Source: an uncultured Mycoplasmataceae bacterium
GTDB taxonomy: Bacteria; Bacillota_I; Bacilli_A; Mycoplasmatales; Mycoplasmoidaceae
Assembly: GCA_949282725.1 (NCBI GenBank)
Contig: CASDPP010000003.1
Coordinates: 68,289-132,288, forward strand
Direction: 5' to 3'
DNA: 64,000 nucleotides
The notes beneath the pieces are model-generated. The model saw only the letters and a list, made by a program, of their open reading frames with translations. It was not told the DNA's origin and ran no database searches. This document shows, piece after piece, positions 11,464 through 22,829 of the stretch. The translations under genes and the position numbers were made by a program. Within the stretch, counting starts at the first letter, position 1; every line of letters begins with the position of its first letter.

Positions 11464-13013
11464 TTATAATTTTTTAATTATTTGTTCTATTTTTGTTCTT
11501 AAATTATGTTGAGTTTTAACTATTCTATTTATTTTGCTATTTAATTCGAATATATCTATTTTTTCAGTGGTTATTTCTTTTTTTATGTAAGTATTTACCG
11601 CAATGTTATAATCATTTTCTTTTATTTCATCTAATGTTGCTAAATAAGCAAAATTTTCTTCATTTTTTCTTGATTTAAATATGTTAATAATTTTTTCAAT
11701 ATTTTCTTTTGATAATTTATTTTTTGTTTCTTTTCTAACAAATTGATTGCTTGCATCAATAAATAAAATATCATTATTATTTTGTTTATTTTTCTTTAAA
11801 ACAATAATACAAGTAGCTATTGTAACACCAAAGAAAAGATCTGAAGGTAACAAAATAACTGTATCAATAAAATTATTATCAATTAAATATTTTCTTATTT
11901 TTTGTTCTGCTCCTTCTCTATATAAAACACCAGGAAACTCAACTATTGCACACGTTCCTTGAGGAGATAATCAACTTAACATATGCATCACAAATGCTAA
12001 ATCTGCTTTACTTTTAGGTGCTAAAACTCCTGCTGGACTAAATCTTGAATCATTAATTAACAACGGATTACTATCTCCTGCTCATTTAACTGAGTATGGC
12101 GGATTTGAAACTATCGCATCAAATGGTTCATCATCAATATGCTTAGGATCTTCTAATGTATCTCCTAATTTAATACTAAATTTATCATAATTTACATCAT
12201 GAAGAAACATATTAATCTTACATAAATTAAATGTTGTAATATTTTTTTCCTGACCATAAAATCCTTTTTTAACATTTTCTTTTCCTAATATTTTTGCAAA
12301 ATTTAAAAGCAATGATCCTGAACCACATGCTGGATCATAAACTTTATTAACATATTTTCTATCAACTATTGTTAATCTAGTAAGTAATTCACTAACTTCT
12401 TGTGGAGTAAAGAATTCCCCCCCGACTTACCTGCTTCACTAGCATACATAGTCATTAAAAATTCATATGCATCTCCAAAAACATCTATGTTATTTTCTTT
12501 ATAATTTCCCAATTTAAGACTATCAATCGCATTTAACAATTTAATTATTTTTTTATTTCTTTCATTTACAGATGAACCTAATTTATTACTATTAAAATCT
12601 ACATCTGCAAATAATCCTTTCATACTTTCTTCTGAATCATAACCAATAGCAGAATTTTCTATACTTTTAAAAATGTTAGATAATGTAATATTTATATCAT
12701 CATCATTTTTAGCATTTTTTACAATATTACTAAAAAGTTGAGAAGGTAAAATGTAAAATCCTTTTTCTTGTATTGTTTCTTCTCTACCGTATTCTGCTTG
12801 TTCATCAGAAATTTTTTCATAATTAAAATTTACATTACCTGCTTTTTTTTCTTGATTATTAATATACTCAACTAAATTTTCTGAGATGAATCGATAAAAT
12901 AATAATCCTAAAACATATTGTTTAAAATCTCATCCATCTACTGAACCTCTTAACTCATTAGCTATTTTTCAAATAATTTTAAATAATTCTTTTCTTTCTA
13001 TTTCTTTAGACAT
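11464..13013 (-). pseudogene. hsdM: Type I R-M methyltransferase subunit HsdM, frameshifted at a C7/G7 tract (apparent phase-OFF allele)
   Basis: N-terminus MSKEIERKELFKIIWKIANELRGSVDGWDFKQYVLGLLFYRFISENL. Fragment 12372..12623 is in frame with ATG 13013 and ends ..EAGKSGGNSLLHKK. Fragments 12082..12312 (with the NPPY motif SNPPYSVK) and 11464..11853 are in the +1-shifted frame. Total length is 1550 nt, which is 3n+2. With G8 the junction reads [34 protein letters not shown]. Confidence 0.85.
12417..12423 (-). repeat. homopolymeric C7 (G7 in gene sense) inside hsdM
   Basis: Direct read is agaattcccc/cccgactt. It sits exactly at the frame break between the two hsdM reading frames. Confidence 0.9.
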
Positions 13014-13014
13014 A

Positions 13015-13245
13015 ATTTTTTTATTAATAATATTATATAATATTAACAAAACTATTTATATAGTTCAAGGCAATTTTAAAATTCTAATTTCATAGAATCT
13101 TCTTACCTTTCTGTTTTGCCTTGTTTTTTTTATATATCTGTTGTTGAAAACTTTGTTGGAATTTTGATTTTATATATTTATATATAATAATAAAATTAAA
13201 ATAAAATAAATTATAAATATAAAATATTTATAATATATATAACTT
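13015..13245. other. candidate oriC / DNA-unwinding region upstream of dnaN
   Basis: 231-bp non-coding spacer. TGTTGTTGAAAA and TTTGTTGGAA at 13139-13160 include TTTTCAACA, two mismatches from the DnaA box TTATCCACA. About 90 bp of almost pure A/T follows (13161-13245). The usual dnaA-flanking spacers are only 59 bp and 5 bp here. Confidence 0.3.
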
Positions 13246-14361
13246 ATGAAATTTTCCATCAATACTAAATACTTTTTAAAAAATTTAAAATATATTCAAA
13301 GTAATTCATCTTCTAATACTAATCCTATTTTAGATGGAATTTATATTAATGTAAATCAAGATGATGTAACTATTACCTCATCTAATGAAAAAGATACTAT
13401 TAAAATAAAATTAGATCAAAATCTAACTATTCATTCGACAGGAAATATATTAGTCAAAACAAGTTTATTTATTGATTTAATATCTAAAATAAAATCAGAT
13501 ATAATTGAAATTAATCAATTAGATACATCAGTTATTAGAATAACAGGAAATAAAGTTGTAGCTGATTTAAACCTCCTAGACTCAAATTTATATCCATCTT
13601 TTGATTTTTCAATTGAAAATGGACAACAAATAACTATACCATCATATTTAATTTCTAAAATTAAACATAAAATAATACCTTCTATTTTAATGAACAGTTT
13701 TGATAATAACGTTTTATCTGGTATTTTATTTGATTCTACAAGATTAGAAAATAAATTAGAAATTGTAGGAACTGATTCATATCATTTATCTTACATCAAT
13801 GAAAACTTTAATGGACCTAAACTTAAATTTGTTTTAAGTAAGAAATTTATTGATTTAATATCTGAAATAATTTCAGATACTGATATTAAAGAAATTAATT
13901 TAATTATAAAAGAAAAAAATATTATTCTTAACTTACCTAATTATCAAATTTTATCTAGATTATTTGATAATGAATATCCTAATATTTCTAAAATTATTGA
14001 AACAAAAAATCAATATCATTTTGAAATAAATAAAGATGATTTAATTGATGCTATTAACTACGCTACAACAATACGAACAAATGAAAATAAATCATCTTCT
14101 TTACAATTTGATATTAAAGAATCGGAATTAGTTGTTTCATTGCAAAGCATGGAAGGTAATGTTCAAAGTAATATAAATATAGAAAAAAGTAATATTAATC
14201 CAACAATATTTTATTTCAATTATAAATATTTAATTGATATTTTTAAATCTATTACATCTGATAAAATTCTTATTGAATATCAAAGTAATATTCAACCAAT
14301 TATTGTTAAAGATTTAAATGATGATTCTTATATTGGTATAACATTACCAATAAAACAATAA
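13246..14361 (+). CDS. dnaN: DNA polymerase III beta sliding clamp
   Basis: 371-aa ORF of the right size and in the conserved position upstream of gyrB-gyrA. It shows a three-domain clamp-like pattern ending YIGITLPIKQ. Confidence 0.8.
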   Translation: MKFSINTKYFLKNLKYIQSNSSSNTNPILDGIYINVNQDDVTITSSNEKDTIKIKLDQNLTIHSTGNILVKTSLFIDLISKIKSDIIEINQLDTSVIRITGNKVVADLNLLDSNLYPSFDFSIENGQQITIPSYLISKIKHKIIPSILMNSFDNNVLSGILFDSTRLENKLEIVGTDSYHLSYINENFNGPKLKFVLSKKFIDLISEIISDTDIKEINLIIKEKNIILNLPNYQILSRLFDNEYPNISKIIETKNQYHFEINKDDLIDAINYATTIRTNENKSSSLQFDIKESELVVSLQSMEGNVQSNINIEKSNINPTIFYFNYKYLIDIFKSITSDKILIEYQSNIQPIIVKDLNDDSYIGITLPIKQ

Positions 14362-14430
14362 AAATATAAAATAATTAACTAAAACTTATATATTATATAT
14401 ATAATATATAAGTATTTTTTAATAACATAT

Positions 14431-16392
14431 ATGGAAAATAAAGAATTAGATAAAAATAAAGATAATTATACAGCTAGTGATATACGAATCTTAGAAGGAT
14501 TAGAAGCTGTTAGAAAAAGACCAGGGATGTATATAGGTTCTACAAGTTCTGAAGGTCTTCACCACATGATATGAGAAATTGTTGATAACTCAATCGATGA
14601 AGCAATGGGTGGATTTGCTACAAGAGTTATTGTTACATTAACCAAAGAAGGGTCAATTAAAGTAGATGATGATGGTAGAGGTATTCCAATTGATATTCAC
14701 CCTAAAACAGGAAAATCAACTGTTGAAACTGTTTTAACAGTACTACACGCTGGTGGTAAATTTGATAATTCAACATATAAAATATCAGGTGGTTTACATG
14801 GTGTGGGTGCATCAGTTACTAATGCTTTATCAAAATGAATGAAAGTATGAGTAGCAAGACACAATAAATTACACTTTATTGAATTTGTTGATGGTGGTAA
14901 AACAGTTAAACCATTAGAACAAATAGGTGATTGTGAAAAAGAACACGGAACAATAGTAGAGTTTTTCCCAGACTTTAGAGTTATGGAAAAAGCTCCATTT
15001 GAACATACAAAAATAGTTAATAGATTACAACAATTAGCTTATTTAAATAAAGGGTTAAAAATTATCTTTATTGATGAACAAATGAACACTAAAGATGAAT
15101 GACACTATGAAGGTGGTTTAAAAGAATATATTGTTGATTTAAATAAAGATAAAGAAGTATTAACACCAACAATTGTTTATGGTGAAGTAGAACAAAACGT
15201 TAAAATACCTAATTCAGAAGATAACGAAACATATTCTATTAAATTAGAATTAGCATTCCAATATAACAAATCATATAACTTATCATGTTATTCTTTCTGT
15301 AATAACATTAATACTACTGAAGGTGGTACTCATGAAGAAGGATTTAAATTAGCTATTACAAGAATCATTAATAAATATGCTATTGAAAAGAAATTCATGA
15401 AAGAACAAGATGATAAATTGTCTAAAGAAGACGTTGCTGAAGGTTTAACAGCAATTATTTCAATTAAACACCCAAACCCTCAATATGAAGGACAAACAAA
15501 AAGAAAACTAGGTAACTCTGAAGTTAGACAATATGTTAATAAAGTTACATCAGATATTTTTGAAAAATTTATTTTAGAAAACCCAGATGAAGCTAAAATT
15601 ATTATTCAAAAAATTATCTTAGCTCAACAAGCTAGAAAAAAATCTCAAGAAGCTAAAGAAGCAATTAGAAGAAAATCTCCATTTGATAGTGGTTCATTAC
15701 CAGGTAAATTAGCTGATTGTTCTACAAAAAATTCTTCAATATCTGAAATCTACATCGTTGAAGGGGATTCAGCTGGTGGATCTGCTAAGTTAGGTAGAAA
15801 TAGAGAATTTCAAGCAATCTTACCTTTAAGAGGTAAAATTTTAAATGTTGAAAAAGCAAAAACCGAAAAAATCTTTGAAAATGAAGAAATTACTGCAATG
15901 ATTACTGCATTTGGAGCAGGAGTAAAACCAGAATTTGATTTAACTAAATTAAGATACAACAAAATTATCATTATGACCGATGCTGATGTGGATGGTGCTC
16001 ACATTAGAATCTTATTATTAACATTCTTCTTTAGATACATGTATCCACTAGTTGAACAAGGACACATTTATGCTGCTCAACCGCCTTTATACAAGTTTGT
16101 ATGCAACAAATCTGTTAAATATGCTTATTCTGATGAAGAATTAGAACAATTTAAAAAAGAAGTAGGAACAAATAAATATAGTGTTCAAAGATATAAAGGT
16201 TTAGGGGAAATGAACCCTGATCAATTATGAGAAACGACAATGGATCCAAAAAATAGAATATTACATCAAATTACCATTGATGATGCAGTTAAAGCTGATC
16301 AAGACTTTTCATTCTTAATGGGAGATGATGTAATGCCTAGAAAGGAATTTATTTCTAAAAATGCTAAATTTGTTAAAAATTTAGACATCTAA
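14431..16392 (+). CDS. gyrB: DNA gyrase subunit B
   Basis: ATG at 14431 gives [58 protein letters not shown]. Fragments 14605.. and 15397.. are in the same frame, joined by TGA. The Toprim motifs [15 protein letters not shown] and [12 protein letters not shown] are present. Confidence 0.95.
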
Positions 16393-16406
16393 TTTAAGGA
16401 GGGAAT

Positions 16407-19016
16407 ATGGCAAATAATAATATTGAAAAAATTAAAGAAGAATTATCAAAAACAATTGTAAAAAATAGACCAATCGTTACTGAGCTTGAAACATCATTTT
16501 TAGATTATGCAATGTCAGTAATTGTTGCTAGAGCTATTCCTGATGCACGTGATGGTTTAAAACCAGTTCATAGAAGAGTTCTTTATGCTGCTTATGCATT
16601 AGGTATGACTCCTGATAAACCATATAAGAAATCAGCTCGTTTAGTTGGGGAAGTAATTGGTAAGTTTCACCCACACGGAGATACTGCTGCTTATAATACA
16701 ATGGTAAGATTAGCACAAGACTTCTCAATGAGATACCCTCTAATTGATGGACACGGTAACTTTGGTTCAGTAGATGGTGATGCTGCTGCAGCTATGAGAT
16801 ATACAGAAGCTAGATTATCTAAACTAGCTGAAACAACAATGGCAGATATTGAAAAAAATACTGTTGATTTTGCAGATAACTATGATGGAAGTGAAAAAGA
16901 ACCAGTTGTTTTACCTTCATTATTACCTAATTTATTAGCTAATGGTTCATCAGGTATTGCTGTAGGTATTGCAACAAATATTCCACCACATAATTTATCT
17001 GAATTAGTAGAAGCAATTAATTTAGTAGCAAAAAACCCTGATGCAAGTATTAATGAAATTCAAACAGTTTTAAAAGGTCCTGATTTTCCTACATCTGCTG
17101 AAATTATTAATAGTGCAGGAATTAATGATTATTTCAATACTGGTAGAGGTTCTATTACTATTAGATCAAAAGGAACTTATGAAACACATGATAATGGTAA
17201 ATCGACAATTATCTTTACAGAAATTCCTTACATGGTAAATAAAACTACATTAATTGAAAAAATTATTGAATTAGTAAGAAACGAACAAATTCAAGGTATC
17301 GCTGATTTAAGAGATGAATCATCTCGTGAAGGAATAAGAATAGTAATTGAAACAAAAAGAGATGTTGTCCCTGAAGTTTTAATGAATCAATTATATAAAT
17401 CTACACCACTACAAGTAAACTTTAGTGTTAATATGATTGCTCTTGTTAAGGGTGAACCGAAATTATTAAACATTAAAGAAGTATTACAAATTTATATTGA
17501 TCACCAAGTAGAAGTATTAACAAGAAAAACACAATATGAATTAAAAAAATCTAAAGAAAGAGAACACATTTTAGAAGGTTTACATATTGCAACAGGATCA
17601 ATTGATGAAGTTATTAAAATTATTAGAGAATCTTCTGACAATAATGAAGCTATGCAACATTTAATGTCTAGATTTAATTTATCTGAAATTCAATCTAAAG
17701 CTATTTTAGACATGAGACTTAGATCATTAAGTAGCATGGAAAGTAAAAAAATTGAAGAAGAATTAGCAGCTATTAAGAAAACAATTATAGAACTTCAATC
17801 AATTTTAGATAGTTACAACAAAAAAATTGAGAAAATTCTTGAAGAACTAGATAAATTATCTAAAAAATTCTCTGATAAAAGAAAAACAGTTATTAGATAT
17901 GATATTAATTCTGATATTAGTGATGAAGATTTAATACCTGAAGAAGATATTGTTGTGACAATGTCATCTAGAGGTTATTTCAAAAGATTACCTGTTGATA
18001 CATATCATGTACAAAAAAGAGGTGGTGTTGGAGTAATAGGATTAAACACACATGAAGATGATGATGTACATAAAATTGTTGTTACTTCTACTCATACAGA
18101 TATTTTATTCTTTACTAACTTAGGTAAAATTTATCGTACAAGAGGACACCAAATTCCAATTGGTTCACGTCAATCTAAAGGAATTCCCGCAATTAACATA
18201 ATTGGAGTTGAAAAAAATGAAAAAGTATTAACAATTTTACCAATAAATGATTATAAAGAAGGATATTTATTTTTTGTAACTAAAAAAGGTATTTCTAAAA
18301 AAACTTCATTATCTGAATTTGAAAGAATTCAAAGTAATGGTAAAATTTGTATTAGTTTAAAAGAAGGTGATGAATTATATGATGTTATCTTTGTAAAAGA
18401 TAATGATGAAATATATATTGGTGGATCTAATGGTAATATGATTAGATTCAATGAAAATAATGTTCGTCCAATGGGTAGAACTGCAGCAGGTGTTAAGGCA
18501 ATGAAGTTAGAATCATCAGAAAAAGTAGTTGGTTTATCTTCTTCAATAACAGGAAACAAAATTTTATCAATTGGTTCTAAAGGTGTTGGTAAAGTTACTG
18601 ACGTTAATGAATATCGTTTAACTTCAAGAAATGCTAAAGGGGTAAGAACATTAAAAGTAAATGATAAAACAGGAAAACTAGTATATGTAAATTCTATCTT
18701 TGGTAATGAAGATATTTTAATGATTACAAATAAAGGTAAAATTATTAGATTTAATATATCAACAGTTAGAGAAATTAGTCGTTCTACATCAGGCGTTAAA
18801 TTAATGAATGTGGATGAAGGAGATAAAATTATTTCAGTAACAGTTTTTAGACATGAAGCTGAAACACCACAACAAGTTCCCGAACTAGAAATGATTAATC
18901 CAGATTTACAAGAACAAGAAATTTCTCAACAACAAGAAGAAAAAAATGAAGAAATAAATAAAGAAGCTAGTGAAGCAGGGGAATTAAATGAACAAAATAA
19001 ACAAGAAAACCAATAA
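16407..19016 (+). CDS. gyrA: DNA gyrase subunit A
   Basis: 869-aa ORF with the AAAMRYTEARL active-site Tyr region and the QRDR-like HPHGDTAAYNTMVRLAQ. A good SD (AAGGAGG) lies 7 nt upstream. The C-terminal tail is acidic and Gln-rich. Confidence 0.95.
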   Translation: MANNNIEKIKEELSKTIVKNRPIVTELETSFLDYAMSVIVARAIPDARDGLKPVHRRVLYAAYALGMTPDKPYKKSARLVGEVIGKFHPHGDTAAYNTMVRLAQDFSMRYPLIDGHGNFGSVDGDAAAAMRYTEARLSKLAETTMADIEKNTVDFADNYDGSEKEPVVLPSLLPNLLANGSSGIAVGIATNIPPHNLSELVEAINLVAKNPDASINEIQTVLKGPDFPTSAEIINSAGINDYFNTGRGSITIRSKGTYETHDNGKSTIIFTEIPYMVNKTTLIEKIIELVRNEQIQGIADLRDESSREGIRIVIETKRDVVPEVLMNQLYKSTPLQVNFSVNMIALVKGEPKLLNIKEVLQIYIDHQVEVLTRKTQYELKKSKEREHILEGLHIATGSIDEVIKIIRESSDNNEAMQHLMSRFNLSEIQSKAILDMRLRSLSSMESKKIEEELAAIKKTIIELQSILDSYNKKIEKILEELDKLSKKFSDKRKTVIRYDINSDISDEDLIPEEDIVVTMSSRGYFKRLPVDTYHVQKRGGVGVIGLNTHEDDDVHKIVVTSTHTDILFFTNLGKIYRTRGHQIPIGSRQSKGIPAINIIGVEKNEKVLTILPINDYKEGYLFFVTKKGISKKTSLSEFERIQSNGKICISLKEGDELYDVIFVKDNDEIYIGGSNGNMIRFNENNVRPMGRTAAGVKAMKLESSEKVVGLSSSITGNKILSIGSKGVGKVTDVNEYRLTSRNAKGVRTLKVNDKTGKLVYVNSIFGNEDILMITNKGKIIRFNISTVREISRSTSGVKLMNVDEGDKIISVTVFRHEAETPQQVPELEMINPDLQEQEISQQQEEKNEEINKEASEAGELNEQNKQENQ

Positions 19017-19980
19017 CATATTAGTTATTGGTGGTGCAGGATATATTGGTTCTGTTCTAGTTGAAGATTTAATTAATAATAAACAAAAAGTAGTTGTTTA
19101 TGATGATTTATCAACAGGGTTTAAATCACAAGTTCATCCTAAAGCAAAATTTATTAAAGGATGTATGAAAGATACTAAAAAATTATCTTTAGTGATTAAG
19201 CAAAACAAAATCACTCATATTGTTTTACTAGCAGCAAAAATAAAAGTTGGTGAGTCTACACAAAAACCATTGGAGTATTATGATACCAATGTTAATGGAT
19301 TAATTTCAGTATTAGAAGCAATGAAAAATGCTAAATGTCATAATTTAGTATTTGCTTCATCAGCAGCAACATATGGGGATATTAAATCTAACAAACCATT
19401 ATCGGAAAATCTTGTTACAAAACCATGCAATCCATATGGATGAACTAAATATATTGACGAACAAATAATTAAGGATTATAGTAAAACAAACAAAATTAAT
19501 TATTTATTACTAAGATTTTTTAATGTTTCAGGAGCAAGTAGTTCAAAAAAATATGGAATATATGATAAAAACACAAGTTTATTAATTGCTAAAATTAATG
19601 ATGCAATCATTAATAATAAACAATTTAAAATTTTTGGTGGTAAATATAAAACAAAAGATAAAACAGCATTAAGAGATTATATAGATGTAAGAGACGTATC
19701 AAATGCTATTGTACTGGGGATTGATTATTTAAAGAAAAACAAGAGTGATGTTTTTAATATTTGTTCATCAGTAAAAATTTCTGTTTTAGATGTTATAAAA
19801 ACAGCACAAAAAGTAACCAATAAAAAATTAAATTACACAATTACTGATAATCGTCCTGGTGATCCAGAAATTTTAATTGGAGATAATAAAAAAATTAAAG
19901 CTAAGTTAAATTGAAAACCAAAATACGATTTAAAAGAAATGATTTTAAGTGATTATCAATTTCGATTAAAGCTTAATTAA
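18988..19980 (+). CDS. galE: UDP-glucose 4-epimerase (NAD-dependent epimerase/dehydratase)
   Basis: The Rossmann motif VIGGAGYIGS sits at the N-terminus. The ORF continues through TGA after NPYG (W)TKY, the catalytic YxxxK region, to TAA at 19978. It overlaps the gyrA tail by 29 nt. Confidence 0.75.
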
Positions 19981-22117
19981 CAATTCTTTTTAAGTTTTTA
20001 TGATGTTTAAAAATTGTTCTTAAACCATAAGGGGCTTTAAATAAAATATCAATTAAATCACCTTTAATTCCTACAACAGTTCCTGAACCAAATGTTGTGT
20101 GAACAACAATATCTCCAACATTAAATGTAACATTTTTTTGTTCATAATTATCATGAAAATTATGTTTTTTAGAGTTATATCACCCTAGGTCTAAATTACT
20201 AATTGCTTTAGTTTTTGGGTTATATATTTCTAAATTTTCTTTTCCTATTTCATCAACAAATTCTGATTCATCAGATGAATTAGATAAATAGCCAAAACCA
20301 CGGTTACAAGAAATAGATAAGAATTCTTTTGCTCTAGTTAAACCTACATATGCTATTCTTCTTTCTTCTTGGATATCTTCAGCGTTTATTGAAGGGAATA
20401 CACCATCATTGAATGCAATTATAAAAACATATCTAAATTCTGTTCCCTTAGCTCGATGAACAGTCATTAAAGAAACTTTATCTTTATTTTGGTCTTCGTC
20501 AGATTCGGTATATAAACTAATTTCTTCTAAATAACCATTCAAATCTTTTGGATCGTTTTCTTTTTCATAGTTTTCCATTGTTCTTAAAAGTTCTAAGACA
20601 TTTTCCATCCGGTCTTCAATATCTAGCGAATGCAAATATGCATCATATTGTAATTCGTTAATAATATGTTTAAGAGTTTCAGTAATTGTCATTTCTTTAG
20701 TTTGCTCTCTTAATTTAAGAATTAAATCATAAAAAGAACTTACTGTTCGATAATTTCAATTATTTGTATTAGATTTAATGGCTTCTAAAAATGAAATATC
20801 TTTTTCTAAACAATATTGATTTATTTTTTCAATTGTTTGTGGACCTATTTTTCTATTTGGAACATTAATTACTCTTTTTAATGACAGTTCATCATCTGAA
20901 ACCATTAATTTCAAATAACTAATTAAATCTTTAATTTCCTTTCTTTCATAGAAACGAAAACCTCCATATATATGATATGGGATACTATTACTAATCAATT
21001 GTTCTTCAATATATCTTGATAAGAAATTACTACGATATAAAATTGCAATTTCAGTATTTGGCACATTCAATTTATTTAATTCTTTAATTTTGTTACAAAC
21101 ATATTGAGCTTCTTCAGCTTGAGTACGAGCAAAATAAAATATTGGTTTTTTTCCTTGCGGGTTTTGTGTTTGTAATTTTTTATCGACTCGATTTTTATTA
21201 TGAGAGATTAAAGAATTTGCAGCATTTAAAATACTTTTTGTTGATCGATAATTAATATCTAACATTACGAATTTAGCATTTTTAAATTTTTTATGAAAAT
21301 CTAGAAATATTTGAGAATATGAACCTCTTCAGTTATATATTGATTGATCAGGATCTCCTACAATTAATATATTGTTTTTATCAGGATTAATTAAATGGAG
21401 TAATATTCTAAATTGTTTTAAGTTAGTATCTTGAAATTCATCTACTAAAATGTATTTAAAAACATGTTTCCATTTATTAGCTACATCTGGCAATTTATCA
21501 AATAATTCTAATGTTAAAATAATTAAATCATTGAAATCCACTAAATTATGATCTAATAATCTTTTTTGATAATCAAGATAAATTTGTTTAATCATTTGAT
21601 ATTCATTATTTGTATAAATTGAATAAGAACGCAATTCAAATGGATCGTGATTTATAGTAAAATCAAAATCAGCATCTTTCAATAAAGAAATTAATGAGAC
21701 AGCTTTATTAATTTTCATTTGCGATTGAGTAAAATGTCGAAATTGATATATTTCACGAATAATACTTTTTTGGTCTTCAACATCTATTACTGAGAAATTT
21801 TGTGAACGATTTAAATGTTGAATATCATGTTTTAAAATTTTTAAACATATAGCATGGTATGTTCCTATTCATTTAAAATTGTATTCACCAATCAAAGAGT
21901 TGATTCTTGATTTCATTTCATTAGCAGCTTTATTAGTAAAAGTAATAGCTAAAATACTATTAGGATCAAAATTCATTTCTTCCACTAAATAAGCTACACG
22001 ATAAGATAAAACTCTTGTTTTACCACTACCCGCACCAGCAATAATTGCAATAGGTCCTTCATGATAAACAACAGCTTCTTCTTGTTCTTTATTTAATTTT
22101 GATAAATCGATTGACAT
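19973..22117 (-). CDS. pcrA: ATP-dependent DNA helicase PcrA/UvrD family
   Basis: Four track fragments share one frame. The N-terminus [37 protein letters not shown] carries Walker A. Also seen are VDEFQDTN and [19 protein letters not shown]. The start is taken at the second in-frame ATG. Confidence 0.9.
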
Positions 22118-22118
22118 A

Positions 22119-22829
22119 TTAGATTTCCTCAAATGAATCAGGTTTAATTTCACCAGGTAAAGAATAGTTTTTAGGACTAATTATTTTTTTAGTATTGTGA
22201 GATCTATTTGGATCATCACTTTTACTTTTTAAATCAATAGTAACAGTTGAACTATATATATCATGAATAGCTTGTCTTTTATTTCTAATAAACATCATAA
22301 TAACTAAAAAAATAAAAACAAATGTTGAAACATATCATAAAGCTAAAAACAAATTAACTGTTGGGATGTTATTATCTTTTATGTTAAGTAATTGTTCCAT
22401 GAATAAAGCAGCTTTTTCATCTCCTAAACACGAAAGAGTAATTCCTAATGATAAACCTATTAAACCGTTTAAAATTCATAAGAAAAATTGTCTTTTAATT
22501 AAATTAATTCAAAATGGTTGAGTAATATGAACATTAATAATTGCATACCCTACAATTTTCAATCCGATTGTTTGTCCTTTTCATATTAGAGGAACAACAT
22601 TAAAATATAAGAAATAAAAAATAAAACAAACAAGAGCAAAAACAGAATATTTTCAAGATGTAATTGATTCATATTGTAAATGAAAACCATTAGGATTTTT
22701 GAAAACAAAAAATAAATAAAAAAATAAAAATAAAAAAAGACCACAAAACAAAAAATCAATGATCCAACTAAAGCTTCTTGTAATAGCTTTTCCTAAATAA
22801 TATCTTTGTTTATCATTATTTTTTTTCAT
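22119..22829 (-). CDS. RDD-family-like integral membrane protein
   Basis: Fragment 22653..22835 extends through several TGA codons to TAA at 22119. There are multiple hydrophobic helices. The track start is a TTG, so I use ATG at 22829. Confidence 0.45.

Noticed and set aside
5046-13245. The dnaA-dnaN island might be a mobile element, prophage or ICE.
   Set aside because: I could see no integrase, transposase, relaxase or phage genes and no flanking direct or inverted repeats. I report it as an accessory block and do not annotate it as a mobile_element.
14431-16392. Many conserved genes (gyrB, hsdR, uvrB, secA, pcrA, lepA, yidC, the ABC permease and others) appear fragmented and might be pseudogenes.
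   Set aside because: All fragments of each gene are in the same frame and separated only by TGA. The lengths are exact codon multiples and the joined proteins read as normal full-length homologs. This is translation table 4, not gene decay.
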